A stretch of 64,000 nucleotides of DNA from the NCBI GenBank assembly GCA_902618385.1, contig CACNAF010000002.1, positions 30,988-94,987 of the forward strand. The letters are read 5' to 3'. The stretch comes from an uncultured Alphaproteobacteria bacterium (GTDB lineage Bacteria; Pseudomonadota; Alphaproteobacteria; HIMB59; GCA-002718135). Both the position numbers and the translations under genes were made by a program. How positions within the stretch are numbered: position 1 is the first letter of the stretch; each line of letters starts with the position of its first letter. The notes beneath the pieces were generated by a model. That model was not told where the DNA came from. It ran no database searches and worked only from the letters and a program-made list of their open reading frames with translations. Below, in pieces: positions 8,724 to 18,939 of this stretch.

Positions 8724-9684
8724 ATAATTTTACTAAAGGTCTTGCACCATAATGTGAAATAATTTCTGCGGAAGCAATTGATGCGTAATTACCACATTCA
8801 TCCATTGCTTTACCTTTAGAGTAACCAAATAAAAAACCAGCTGCAAATAAATCTCCAGCTCCTGTTGTATCTACAACTTTTTCTACTTTTTTTGCTTCAA
8901 CTTCAGTGATGTTATTACCAGAAACAATAACTGATCCACTACTTCCTTTAGTAATAGCAGCAATTATATTTAATGATTTTGCATATTCTAGACCTTCTTC
9001 AAAACTTTCTGTTTGTGCCATTGCTTTGATTTCATCTTCGTTAGCAAAAAGAATATCAACATTCTCAGTTATTAATTCTTTAAAAGAATCTCTGTGTCTA
9101 TCAACACAAAAAAGATCAGATAAAGTAAATGCAATTTTTTGATTATCAGCTTTGCAAATATCCACCATTTTCTTCATAGCCTTTTTTGCATTCTCATTGT
9201 CCCACAAGTAGCCTTCCAAATATGCTATCTTATGATTTTTAATATCATCCTCTTTTATATCTTCAGGTCCTATTAGTGTACCAGCGCCAAGAAAAGTACA
9301 CATTGTTCTTGTTCCATCTTCTTCAACAAAAATTGTACAACATCCAGTTGAAATATCAGGAGATGTAAATCCCAATGGAAATTTTAATCCTTCCCGGATC
9401 ATATCTTTTTGAAGGTATACTCCAATTTCATCATTTTTAATTTTTCCAATAAAACTTCCATTGCCGCCAAAAGAGGTAATACCAAACATGGAGTTACCAA
9501 GGGAACCTCCGCCTGCCATTTCTCTGATGGAATAACTTTCATGCAAATTATTTTTCAAATTTTCATCAATAAGATTCATAGAATCTCTATTAATTTCATG
9601 TTTTTCAATTTCACTTTGATTGGAAGGAATTATGGCATCTACCATAGCATTTCCAATTCCAACTACATCTAATTTATCACTCAT
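8710..9684 (-). CDS. PfkB-family kinase, probably adenosine kinase
   Basis: GIGNAMVD N-terminal motif and DTTGAGDLFAAGF ATP motif. 324 aa. Located in a nucleoside-salvage neighbourhood. Confidence 0.75.
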   Translation of the reverse strand: MSDKLDVVGIGNAMVDAIIPSNQSEIEKHEINRDSMNLIDENLKNNLHESYSIREMAGGGSLGNSMFGITSFGGNGSFIGKIKNDEIGVYLQKDMIREGLKFPLGFTSPDISTGCCTIFVEEDGTRTMCTFLGAGTLIGPEDIKEDDIKNHKIAYLEGYLWDNENAKKAMKKMVDICKADNQKIAFTLSDLFCVDRHRDSFKELITENVDILFANEDEIKAMAQTESFEEGLEYAKSLNIIAAITKGSSGSVIVSGNNITEVEAKKVEKVVDTTGAGDLFAAGFLFGYSKGKAMDECGNYASIASAEIISHYGARPLVKLSSLI

Positions 9685-10565
9685 TTTTGTTTAATTATTA
9701 TAGGTACTAATTGTACTATAATGACTCCAATAAATATTGCAAGGCATCCAAGTATTTTTTGTGTGTCTAAAATTTGATTTAAAAGTATCCAACCTGCTAT
9801 TGCAGCAAAGACTGACTCCATTGATAAAATGATAGCAGCAGGAGCAGGATTAGCTTTATGTTGAGCAATAATTTGAAGTGTATACCCAATGCCAGCAGAA
9901 AAAATACCTGTATATAAAATTTCAAACCATTCAATTTGCATATTTGACAGCTTTGGTTCTTCCCACATAAAAGCTAGGATCATAGATAAAATAAAAACAA
10001 TAAAGTACTGAATACTTCCAAATAAAAAAGGACTGTTAAGTTCTTTCATAAAAATATCGATACAAATAATATGTAAGGCAAAAAACAACGCAGCAATAAA
10101 TAAGAGTGAATCTGATTGTTGAATTTCAACTGATTGATTAGAGGACAAAAGATATGATCCATACAAACAAAGTAAAATAGCAATCCAGATAATCCAGTGT
10201 ACCTGTTTTTTAATTATGAATCTTGAAATTATACCAACAAAGGGAACGTAAAGAGTGCTAAGAAAAGCAGCATTTGATATTAATGATTTTTGTAAAGCGT
10301 ATTGTTGAAGACCCATACCACCAAAAAGAAAAAAACCTGTAGCTAAACAAAGATAAACTTTTTTTCTATCACTTAATATTTTAACAATATTTTGTTGTTC
10401 TAGATAAATCGCAAATGGAATTACTGTTAAAAAAGCAAAAAGGAATCTTCCAAAGCTAAAAGTAAAAGGACCTATGGCTCCCATTCCAGTAGTTTGGCTG
10501 ACAAAAGCTGTTCCCCATATAAGTGAGGCAATTAACATGAGTATGTTAGCTCTTGTATGACTCAT
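9681..10565 (-). CDS. DMT superfamily (EamA-like) transporter
   Basis: 294 aa with about 10 TM segments and two EamA-like halves. Confidence 0.8.
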   Translation of the reverse strand: MSHTRANILMLIASLIWGTAFVSQTTGMGAIGPFTFSFGRFLFAFLTVIPFAIYLEQQNIVKILSDRKKVYLCLATGFFLFGGMGLQQYALQKSLISNAAFLSTLYVPFVGIISRFIIKKQVHWIIWIAILLCLYGSYLLSSNQSVEIQQSDSLLFIAALFFALHIICIDIFMKELNSPFLFGSIQYFIVFILSMILAFMWEEPKLSNMQIEWFEILYTGIFSAGIGYTLQIIAQHKANPAPAAIILSMESVFAAIAGWILLNQILDTQKILGCLAIFIGVIIVQLVPIIIKQK

Positions 10566-10584
10566 AAAAATATTTGATTATATT

Positions 10585-12375
10585 TTATTGTTTATCTTTA
10601 TTAATCCACCAAGACTCAATTACAATTCCGTAAAGTGGAATTTTGTCTGGGTATTCAAAAAAATCCCAATAAGCAATTCTGTCTTTGTTGCTATGATAAA
10701 GAGGAACAACATAGTGACCCCATAACAATACTCTATCAAGTGCGTGGATCGCCGTTGTTAATTCTTCTCTATTTGTTGCACTAATTAGTTTTTCAATTAA
10801 TGCATCAACTGCTGGACTATTGATACCAGGATAATTTCTGCTTCCATCTTTTTGACCAACTTCTGATCCCCAATAAAATTGTTGCTCATTTCCTGGGCTT
10901 AAACTGACACCCCAATATCTTTTAATCATATCAAAATCATAACTTAACAAACGTTCTTGATACTGTGATGAATCAACAGTTCTTACATCCATTGTAATGC
11001 CAAGTTTTTTTAAATTACTTTGATAGGCTAAGGCAATTTTCTCATCAGATGGACTGACAATCAAGAACTCAAACTTGAATTCTTTTCCATCTTTTACCAG
11101 TTTTCCATTTTCAACAAACCATCCCTCTTTTTCAAGTATTTCTTTTGCTTTCAATAAATTTTTACGGTCATTACCACTTCCATCCGTAATAGGTGGCGTA
11201 AATGATTCCGTAAATACCTCTGCTGGAATTTCATCTTTCCATACATTCAGTAATTCTAACTCATTTTTTGACGGTAAGCCTGAAGAGGCTAATGGTGAAT
11301 TATCAAAATAACTATCTGTTCTCACATAAGCATTTTGATATATTGTTTTATTAATCCATTCATGATCATAGGCATAACTTAAAGCAAGTCTTACATTTCT
11401 ATTATTAAATATGTCACGTCTTGTATTCATCACAAGACCATTCATTCCAACAGGTCTATCGTTATTCATTTCTGTCAGTATTACCTCTCCATTCTGAACA
11501 GCTTTGAAATCATATTCTGATAACCAACGTTTAACATTGTACTCTCTTCTAAAGTCGTATTCACCAACCTTAAATGCTTCAACTAAGACATTTGAGTCTT
11601 TGTAATAATCATAAATAATTGTATCAAAATTATAGAGACCTTTATTTACTGGTAAATCTTTTGCCCAATAATTTTCAACGCGTTTGTATTTTATTTGACG
11701 GCCTGGATCGAGACTATCAACTTGGTATGGACCACTGCCTAGAGGGATATCTAAAAATGTTTTTGTAACATCAAGATTTTCATAAAACTTTTTTGGAATG
11801 ATAGGAAGAAAGCCCGCAATAATAAGAGGCAATTCCTTATCTTCATTATTTTCAAAAATCATTTTTATTCCATCATTTCCAATCAATTCAGTTTCAATAA
11901 CTTTGCCATATGTTTTTTTCTGATTTGGAGTACCTTTTGTTTGAAATGTTTCTAGACTAAACAATACATCATCGCGTGTTATTGGTGAGCCATCATGAAA
12001 GGTTGCATTTGCATTTAAATAAAAAGTTATAGATGATCTATCTTCAGGCAATTCTACTTTTTCAGCTATTAAACCATAGAGAGAGAATGCTTCATCCCAT
12101 ACTCTTCTCATTAACGTATCATTAACATACCCAAGTCCAGCAGCTTTAGAACCTTTAAATGCTACTCTATTAAGATTATCAAAAGAACCATATGATCCAA
12201 ATTTTACCGTTCCACCTTTAGGTGCATTTGGGTTTACATAATCTAGATTTTCAAAATCACTGGCATACTTTGGTGTTCCATGCATTGCAATACCGTGAAC
12301 TTTTTCACTGTATGCATGTTTGTTAAGTGCAATTATTGAAGTTAAAATGGCAAATGCGATTAGAAATTTTTTCAT
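10585..12375 (-). CDS. ABC transporter substrate-binding protein, family 5 (peptide/opine, YejA-like size)
   Basis: 596 aa with a signal peptide and family-5 SBP architecture. No cognate permease genes are adjacent. Confidence 0.75.
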   Translation of the reverse strand: MKKFLIAFAILTSIIALNKHAYSEKVHGIAMHGTPKYASDFENLDYVNPNAPKGGTVKFGSYGSFDNLNRVAFKGSKAAGLGYVNDTLMRRVWDEAFSLYGLIAEKVELPEDRSSITFYLNANATFHDGSPITRDDVLFSLETFQTKGTPNQKKTYGKVIETELIGNDGIKMIFENNEDKELPLIIAGFLPIIPKKFYENLDVTKTFLDIPLGSGPYQVDSLDPGRQIKYKRVENYWAKDLPVNKGLYNFDTIIYDYYKDSNVLVEAFKVGEYDFRREYNVKRWLSEYDFKAVQNGEVILTEMNNDRPVGMNGLVMNTRRDIFNNRNVRLALSYAYDHEWINKTIYQNAYVRTDSYFDNSPLASSGLPSKNELELLNVWKDEIPAEVFTESFTPPITDGSGNDRKNLLKAKEILEKEGWFVENGKLVKDGKEFKFEFLIVSPSDEKIALAYQSNLKKLGITMDVRTVDSSQYQERLLSYDFDMIKRYWGVSLSPGNEQQFYWGSEVGQKDGSRNYPGINSPAVDALIEKLISATNREELTTAIHALDRVLLWGHYVVPLYHSNKDRIAYWDFFEYPDKIPLYGIVIESWWINKDKQ

Positions 12376-12443
12376 AGATATATCCTATCAAAAAAAAGAC
12401 AGATTTGTAATGAAATATAAATTTAAAAAATTATATAAATAGA

Positions 12444-12851
12444 ATGCAAACCCTCAAATTAATTTCGGTACTTATAATATTATGTATTGGACATAGTATT
12501 CATGCAGCAGAAGTTGATATTTTTAAAGGTATGAAACTATATGCTGAAAATTGTGCAGGGTGTCATATGGGTAATTTAGCAGGTCATGAAGAGTGGGATA
12601 AATCGTTAGATGAAGATGGCCATAGAAGAGCACCTCCTCTTAATGGCACTGGGCATACTTGGCACCACTCTCCTGCACAATTATTTCATGTCATTAAATA
12701 TGGTTTTAAAAAATCAAATCCTGATTATGAAGGTAAAATGCTTGGTAATGATGCGTTATCAGATGACGATGTTTGGTCTATTCTTGAATTTATCAAAAGT
12801 ACATGGCCAGAAAAAATACTAAATAAATATAACTCCCATTTTAAAAGCTAA
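12444..12851 (+). CDS. c-type cytochrome, monohaem, periplasmic
   Basis: Signal peptide plus a single CAGCH haem-binding motif. 135 aa. Confidence 0.8.
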   Translation: MQTLKLISVLIILCIGHSIHAAEVDIFKGMKLYAENCAGCHMGNLAGHEEWDKSLDEDGHRRAPPLNGTGHTWHHSPAQLFHVIKYGFKKSNPDYEGKMLGNDALSDDDVWSILEFIKSTWPEKILNKYNSHFKS

Positions 12852-12902
12852 GATTATTGAAGCAAATCTTCAATTTTAATATTTAAGATATATATTATTA
12901 TT

Positions 12903-13820
12903 ATGAAAATTTTAGGATCTGAAATCACACCCTATAAGACATATTTAAATAGACGTAAGTTTATAAAGGGGTCTTTAGCTAGCGCCATACTAGCAACGGT
13001 TACCTCATCAGCATTTGCAAACCACGATAGTGATCTTTCAATTTATACTAAAAATCTAAATGAAAACGAAAAACTTAATTCTTACGAAGAAATCACAACG
13101 TACAATAATTTTTATGAGTTTGGGACTCATAAAAAACATCCCCATTTAAATTCTGGAAATTTTAAACCTAGGCCATGGACAATAAAAATAGATGGTCTTG
13201 TGAAAAAGCCTCAAACATTTGACTTAGAAAAAATTTTATCAAATGTAACAATAGAAGATAGGGTTTATAGATTAAGATGTGTTGAAGCATGGTCCATGGT
13301 TATTCCTTGGCAAGGTTTTCAGTTATCTGAACTTATAAAAATGGCCGAACCTTTAAGTTCAGCAAAGTATGTTCAATTTGTAACTGTCTTCAGACCGGAA
13401 GAAATGCCAGGTCAGCAAAAGAGAACAATTATTTGGCCATATAGAGAAGGGCTTCGAATGGATGAAGCAATGAATCCTCTAACAATATTAGCAACTGGAT
13501 TGTATGGCCATGAAATGCCTAATCAAAATGGTGCACCCATCAGATTAGTAATTCCATGGAAGTATGGTTTCAAATCAATTAAATCAATTGTGGAAATTAG
13601 ATTTTTAGATACTCAACCTGAAACATCTTGGGAAACTTTAGCTCCTTGGGAATATGGTTTTTATGCTAATGTTAATCCTAATGTTAATCATCCAAGATGG
13701 AGTCAAGGAACAGAGAGACGAATTGGAGAGTTTAAAAGAAGAGAAACACTTATGTTTAATGGCTATGAAGAAGAAGTAGCACATCTCTATAAAGATTTAG
13801 ATTTGACTAAATTTTATTAA
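12903..13820 (+). CDS. msrP: protein-methionine-sulfoxide reductase catalytic subunit MsrP (YedY)
   Basis: Tat signal RRKFIKGS. Mo-pterin oxidoreductase core (RCVEAWSMVIPWQG, NGAPIRLVIPWKYGFKSIK). Followed by msrQ. Confidence 0.9.
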   Translation: MKILGSEITPYKTYLNRRKFIKGSLASAILATVTSSAFANHDSDLSIYTKNLNENEKLNSYEEITTYNNFYEFGTHKKHPHLNSGNFKPRPWTIKIDGLVKKPQTFDLEKILSNVTIEDRVYRLRCVEAWSMVIPWQGFQLSELIKMAEPLSSAKYVQFVTVFRPEEMPGQQKRTIIWPYREGLRMDEAMNPLTILATGLYGHEMPNQNGAPIRLVIPWKYGFKSIKSIVEIRFLDTQPETSWETLAPWEYGFYANVNPNVNHPRWSQGTERRIGEFKRRETLMFNGYEEEVAHLYKDLDLTKFY

Positions 13821-13823
13821 TGA

Positions 13824-14429
13824 ATGTTTTCAACAAGAAATTTTAACCGCAGTAAATCTGTCTTATTTATTTTAATTCTATTTCCTAGTCTACTCTGGGC
13901 GTACCAATTTGTTACTGGAAATCTAGGAGTAAATCCAATTGAAAAACTAATGGATGAGTTAGGTCTAATGGCACTCAGATTAATAATATTAACTCTTATG
14001 ATTACTACATTATCAAATATTAAATCTTTAAAATCGATAGTTGTATTACGAAGAATGATTGGACTTTTTGCTTTCTATTATGTCTGTTTGCATTTCTCTA
14101 CTTACATAGTTTTAGATCATTTTTTAGATATGCAATTTATCATACAAGATATAATAAAAAGACCATTTATAACTTTTGGTTTTATAAGTTTTCTTTTTTT
14201 AATCCCGCTTGCTAGCACCTCAACAAACAATATGATTAAACGACTAGGTTTTAAATTATGGAAGAAAATTCATTATTTAATTTACCCGGTAGCCATTCTG
14301 GCTAGTATGCATTTTTATGTTTTAGTTCGCGCTGATAAAACCGAACCAGTCATATATATGGGAATAATTATCCTCTTGTTACTTCACAGAATATTTAAAA
14401 GACTTACTCGTCCTCAGTTGGCTCAGTAA
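13824..14429 (+). CDS. msrQ: protein-methionine-sulfoxide reductase haem-binding subunit MsrQ (YedZ)
   Basis: 201 aa with 5-6 TM segments and conserved His residues. Lies 3 nt after msrP. Confidence 0.88.
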   Translation: MFSTRNFNRSKSVLFILILFPSLLWAYQFVTGNLGVNPIEKLMDELGLMALRLIILTLMITTLSNIKSLKSIVVLRRMIGLFAFYYVCLHFSTYIVLDHFLDMQFIIQDIIKRPFITFGFISFLFLIPLASTSTNNMIKRLGFKLWKKIHYLIYPVAILASMHFYVLVRADKTEPVIYMGIIILLLLHRIFKRLTRPQLAQ

Positions 14430-15642
14430 CGGGGTTCATTTCCATCCCGGCAGGACTAATATTTCGTGGTAAAGGATTATATTGTGATTCAAGATCACGG
14501 GGTTTAGTTCTTTGTGTCATTCTATACAAACCAAATAACCCTAGCAGTCCATGTATTAAAAATAAATAGATGTAAAAACCTAATGCTCCTAAAATTTCCA
14601 TAAATCCAGAAACAAACAAAGGTCCGATAATTGATCCAACACCAATAAGTATACCAAAGGTTGCACTTGCTGATACTATCTCATTAGGTTGTAAGAAGTC
14701 ATTTGTATGAGCAACTGTAAGTGAATACATTGGTAAACATGCAACTGAAAAAAGACCAGTAAAAATTAAGAATAATGTTAGCGGCATAAAGTTTGCAAAA
14801 ACAAAAAATAAACTCAAACCTGAAGCCATAAAAGAAACACCAATAAGAATAACACGTCTATCAATTCTATCCGACAAATATCCAATAGGCCATTGAGATA
14901 GGGCACCAGCTGATGTTATAATCATCATATACAGAGAAATTTCAAATAAGCTTAAATTAATAGATGAAGCATAAATTGCACCGTACCCAAAAACTGCACT
15001 ATGCGATAAACCAGTTGCTAAGGCACCAACAAAACCTAAAGGTGAAACAGCATAAAATTCTCTTAAAGAAAAAAATTTAGGACTTTCTGTATTAGGCTGT
15101 TCTGTTGAAGATAAAAGAATAGGAAGAAGTGCGAATGATAATAAGATTGATACTAAAATAAATAAATCAACTTTAGCAGGATCACCTAAATTTAATAAAA
15201 ATTGTCCTGCTCCAACAAACACAAAAGTAATAATCATGTAAACGGAAAGTAATTGACCGCGAGTTTGATTAGTTGATTTTTCATTCAACCAGCTTTCCAT
15301 AATCACATAAATTCCAGCAAGACTTAAACCAGTTAATATTCGTATAAACATCCATGAATAAGGATGCACAAATACTGAGTGTAATAATATAGCGATAGAA
15401 GCAAGCGAAGCTAAAGCGGCAAAAACTCTTATGTGACCAACACGTTGTAAAAAAATGGGAATTGTTAACGCGCCAGTTAAGTATCCTACGTAATAACCAG
15501 CTATAATAAGTCCTGATGCAAAAAAACTAAAACCTTCTAAAACAGAACGAACACCGATAAGTGTTCCTTGCAAACCATGACCAAGACTAATTAAAGCAAA
15601 GCCAAAAAAAAGGGCCCAAGTGTTTTGTAGTACCTTAAACAT
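14404..15642 (-). CDS. MFS transporter
   Basis: 412 aa with about 12 TM segments. The 3' end overlaps the msrQ 3' end by 26 nt. Confidence 0.8.
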   Translation of the reverse strand: MFKVLQNTWALFFGFALISLGHGLQGTLIGVRSVLEGFSFFASGLIIAGYYVGYLTGALTIPIFLQRVGHIRVFAALASLASIAILLHSVFVHPYSWMFIRILTGLSLAGIYVIMESWLNEKSTNQTRGQLLSVYMIITFVFVGAGQFLLNLGDPAKVDLFILVSILLSFALLPILLSSTEQPNTESPKFFSLREFYAVSPLGFVGALATGLSHSAVFGYGAIYASSINLSLFEISLYMMIITSAGALSQWPIGYLSDRIDRRVILIGVSFMASGLSLFFVFANFMPLTLFLIFTGLFSVACLPMYSLTVAHTNDFLQPNEIVSASATFGILIGVGSIIGPLFVSGFMEILGALGFYIYLFLIHGLLGLFGLYRMTQRTKPRDLESQYNPLPRNISPAGMEMNPVTEPTEDE

Positions 15643-15664
15643 CTTCTAAATTTTTATTGAAATT

Positions 15665-16018
15665 TTAGTATTCTTCTTCGCCGTCTTCTTTAGGTTTAAT
15701 ACCTTCGGCTATTGGATCAATTTCTGTTTCATCTTCTAGTAAAACAGTATCATCCTCAAGATTGTCTTCGTTGTTATCCAAATCCAGGTTCTCGATATCA
15801 AGATCATCATCTTTTTCTTTTGGTTTTGGAGGGATAGGATTAGTTAAAGGAGCAGCATTAGTACTTCCAGGTTTTCTACCACGTCTTGGTCTGGTCATTG
15901 TAGTTACTTCAATTAGTTTACCACACTCAGGACATTCCAGTTCCGTTCTTCCCAGGTCGTAGTATTGCTTACTACACATTGGACAAATTCTTTTTAAACC
16001 CCAAGATTCTTTGTACAT
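15665..16018 (-). CDS. TIGR02300-family zinc-ribbon protein with acidic tail (FYDLN_acid)
   Basis: CPMC...YYDLGR...CPEC zinc ribbon, then a strongly acidic C-terminus. Confidence 0.8.
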   Translation of the reverse strand: MYKESWGLKRICPMCSKQYYDLGRTELECPECGKLIEVTTMTRPRRGRKPGSTNAAPLTNPIPPKPKEKDDDLDIENLDLDNNEDNLEDDTVLLEDETEIDPIAEGIKPKEDGEEEY

Positions 16019-16020
16019 TT

Positions 16021-16191
16021 CTACTCTTCTTTTTTTATAAATATTTTACCGCAATAACCACAAACAATTTTGTTCTCATTATTAAAGGTATAATAAACTG
16101 CGGGATGTCCTAAACCATCTTCACCACCATCGCAAGAGATAGTTTCGGTTTTTGGATCTACTTCTACAATATCTTCAGTCATAAAATTCAT
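16021..16191 (-). CDS. small zinc-finger protein, zf-CHCC / NDUFS6-C-terminal-like (not in ORF track)
   Basis: My minus-strand translation: MNFMTEDIVEVDPKTETISCDGGEDGLGHPAVYYTFNNENKIVCGYCGKIFIKKEE*. The motif C-x8-H ... C-x2-C is typical. An alternative start is at 16182. Confidence 0.7.
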   Translation of the reverse strand: MNFMTEDIVEVDPKTETISCDGGEDGLGHPAVYYTFNNENKIVCGYCGKIFIKKEE

Positions 16192-16226
16192 ATAAAATTT
16201 TCGTGCAAAAAGTCTATATTTTTTCC

Positions 16227-17075
16227 TTATAGAATTTGAAAATAAACAACCGAAATACCACTCACTATTAAAACAGAAGGTATTATTCGAGATTTTGCAT
16301 TCTTCTCAAATAAGAAAAGCATTCCAATAATTGCAGCAAACACAATGCTTATTTCTCTAATACTAGAGACATAAGCTATTTCTATAAATTGCATACTCCA
16401 AACAACAATTGCGTAACTACTTGTTGCAAACACACCAGCAGCAATCCCAGATCTAAAAGTGTATGTTTCTCTTTTTCGTAAACCATCTTTCGAGATCAAA
16501 CCAATAATTAGTAGAGGTATTCCATTAAGTGTGAAGAGCCAGTAAATATAGGAAAAACCATTTTCAGAAAGTCTAACCCCGACCCCGTCAACTAAAGTGT
16601 AAGCAGTAATTAGAATAGCCGTTGATATTGCGAGAGCAAAACCTCTGAAGTTAAAAGATAAATTTTTAGAATAAGAAATTAAAAATAAACCAATACAAAC
16701 AATTAATATTCCAACAAAACCAGCAACACTAATATCAGAACTTAAAAATAAAATACTAATGATCGCTACAAACAAACATGAACTTCCTCTAGAAATTGGA
16801 TATATGTAAGAGAGATCACCGTACCTATATGAGTAGATAACATTTAGTCTGTAGAAGACATGAATGATTACGGTTGCAATTAAAAAATACCAAACCTCTA
16901 AAGTTGGAAATGGAACAGTAAATGTTAAAGGTAAAAAAATAGTAACTTCTAAGACAGACGTTATACCCATTAACGATAAAGGGTTCTTACTTGATTTTAT
17001 TATAGCACTCCAAACTGCATGACATAGAGCAGAAACAAGAATTAAGATAAAAATAAAATTTACTGACAATGTCAT
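16227..17075 (-). CDS. DMT/EamA-like membrane transporter
   Basis: 282 aa with about 10 TM segments. Lies 14 nt downstream of the ABC permease genes on the same strand. Confidence 0.7.
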   Translation of the reverse strand: MTLSVNFIFILILVSALCHAVWSAIIKSSKNPLSLMGITSVLEVTIFLPLTFTVPFPTLEVWYFLIATVIIHVFYRLNVIYSYRYGDLSYIYPISRGSSCLFVAIISILFLSSDISVAGFVGILIVCIGLFLISYSKNLSFNFRGFALAISTAILITAYTLVDGVGVRLSENGFSYIYWLFTLNGIPLLIIGLISKDGLRKRETYTFRSGIAAGVFATSSYAIVVWSMQFIEIAYVSSIREISIVFAAIIGMLFLFEKNAKSRIIPSVLIVSGISVVYFQIL

Positions 17076-17089
17076 CAGTAAATAAGAAT

Positions 17090-17983
17090 TTACTTCATGC
17101 CTGTCAAAGTAATTCCTTCAATAAATCGTTTTTGCGCGATTATAAAAGCAACAATAAGGGGTACTGTTACTGTAACTATCGAAGCCATCATAGGACCAAA
17201 TTCATCACTATCAATTCCACCTCTGAATTCTCTTATACCAAGTGGTGGAGTAAAGAGATCTCTATTTCCTGTTATTACCATACGAGGCCAGAAATAATCA
17301 TTCCAGTGTGCAACAACTGAGAATATTGCAAAAGCAAGTAACGCTGGTATTGCAGTTGGAAGCATTACTTTCCATACGATTGCGTACTCTCCCATGCCGT
17401 CCATCCTGGCGGCATCAATTAATTCATCGGGCACAGTCATAAAAAATTGCCGCATTAAAAAAATTCCAAACACCGATATAGTCCAGGGAAGTATCAAGGC
17501 GGAATAGGTGTCAACTAATCCTGCCTGGGCCAACATAACATATAATGGAAGCGCAATTCCGTGAACTGGTATGAGCAAGCAAAATAAAACCATCGAGAAA
17601 ACAAATTCTCGTCCGTAAAATCGTAACTTGGCAAGTGCATACGCGCACGGTAAGGCGACTAAAACCTGAATGATGAAGATTGATAAAGTAACAATGACAC
17701 CATTCATTAAGTATCTAGGAATAGGAGCTTTTTCAAAAGCAAACCAATAGTTGTATTGATATGGCTTCATTGTACATGTTTCTTCTGAATAGCCAGTTTT
17801 AACACACACGGGAAACGTTTGAGTTTCTTGCGCACCAATAAGACCACCAGAAATTGATTGGATTTCTTGCTGAGATTTTAATGACATTGAAACCATCATA
17901 TAAAAAGGGAGCATCACTACGATTGCACCAATAATTAAGATTGCATGCTTCCAACCTTCTCCAATATATTGTTTAGCTTCCAT
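17090..17983 (-). CDS. CUT1-family ABC permease (UgpE/MalG-like)
   Basis: 297 aa with 6 TM segments and an EAA loop (DAARMDGMGEYAIVWKVMLP). Confidence 0.85.
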   Translation of the reverse strand: MEAKQYIGEGWKHAILIIGAIVVMLPFYMMVSMSLKSQQEIQSISGGLIGAQETQTFPVCVKTGYSEETCTMKPYQYNYWFAFEKAPIPRYLMNGVIVTLSIFIIQVLVALPCAYALAKLRFYGREFVFSMVLFCLLIPVHGIALPLYVMLAQAGLVDTYSALILPWTISVFGIFLMRQFFMTVPDELIDAARMDGMGEYAIVWKVMLPTAIPALLAFAIFSVVAHWNDYFWPRMVITGNRDLFTPPLGIREFRGGIDSDEFGPMMASIVTVTVPLIVAFIIAQKRFIEGITLTGMK

Positions 17984-18939
17984 TAATAATGAACCCTCTT
18001 CTCAATGACATATCTTTGGAAAAACGTTAAAACAAGAATAAATCCAATAAAGACAACAGTGATTGCTGCACCGATACTTGTTAAGTTTTGTTGAATAGCT
18101 TTTTCAAAGATTGCATACATCATGACATACGTTGTTTTTGATGGACCACCTTTGGTCAGTATTTCGATTGTATCAAATACTTGAAACGTTCTAATTGTAG
18201 TAATAGTCACAACAAACAACGTTGTTGGACCAAGCATTGGCCATGTAACAAGTTTAAATTGCTCCCATGTAGATTTAGCCCCATCCATTTCTGCAGCTTG
18301 GTATAACTCCCTTGGTATACTTGTTAAGCCAGCTAAATATAAAACCATATTAAAACCAAAAGCCTGCCAAATTCCTATGAAACATACTGTCCAAATCGCA
18401 GTATTTTTTTGTTTTAACCAATATGGAAAATCCATGTTGTTTGCACATGCTACAGCATACCAGCTTTCTTGTGAGTCTACCCATGGCAACCAATGAAAAC
18501 CAAGAATGAATTCCCTAACTCCTCCACACCCATTCGCTAAAAAACTATTTACAATTCCTAATGTTGGATGAAGAGTAAATTCCCATGCAATTGCCATTGC
18601 AAGAAGAGTTGCCATAACTGGAAGAAAAAAAATTGTTTTATATATATCAGCGCCAAACCTTAGTGAGTTTAAAAGCATAGCAGCACATAATCCAAGTACA
18701 ACAGAAATTGGAACGACAACAATAACATACGTCGCTGTGGCCCAAATCATTTTGACATATGTTTTTCGATTGAACATCTTGTCATAATTTTCTAGTCCAA
18801 CCCACTCGAATGTTTTGTTTCCTAAATTGTAGTCAGTAAAAGAAATACCTCCTGCAAGAAAAAGAGGAAAGATTAAAATAATTATCATCAGTATGATTGC
18901 TGGTGCAATAAACCATATGTGAGCTTTTGAATTATGCAT
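17983..18939 (-). CDS. CUT1-family ABC permease (UgpA/MalF-like)
   Basis: 318 aa with an EAA loop (QAAEMDGAKSTWEQFKLVTWP). Its stop overlaps the start of the next permease. Confidence 0.85.
   Translation of the reverse strand: MHNSKAHIWFIAPAIILMIIILIFPLFLAGGISFTDYNLGNKTFEWVGLENYDKMFNRKTYVKMIWATATYVIVVVPISVVLGLCAAMLLNSLRFGADIYKTIFFLPVMATLLAMAIAWEFTLHPTLGIVNSFLANGCGGVREFILGFHWLPWVDSQESWYAVACANNMDFPYWLKQKNTAIWTVCFIGIWQAFGFNMVLYLAGLTSIPRELYQAAEMDGAKSTWEQFKLVTWPMLGPTTLFVVTITTIRTFQVFDTIEILTKGGPSKTTYVMMYAIFEKAIQQNLTSIGAAITVVFIGFILVLTFFQRYVIEKRVHY

Noticed and set aside
17341-17700. A locally G+C-richer stretch in the UgpE-like permease gene (29 G+C in the 60 nt at 17341-17400) as evidence of recent horizontal transfer of the island.
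   Set aside because: Membrane-protein genes elsewhere in the window also run richer in G+C than the intergenic and soluble-protein background. No tRNA, integrase, direct repeats or other island boundary marks are visible. It would need genome-wide composition statistics.
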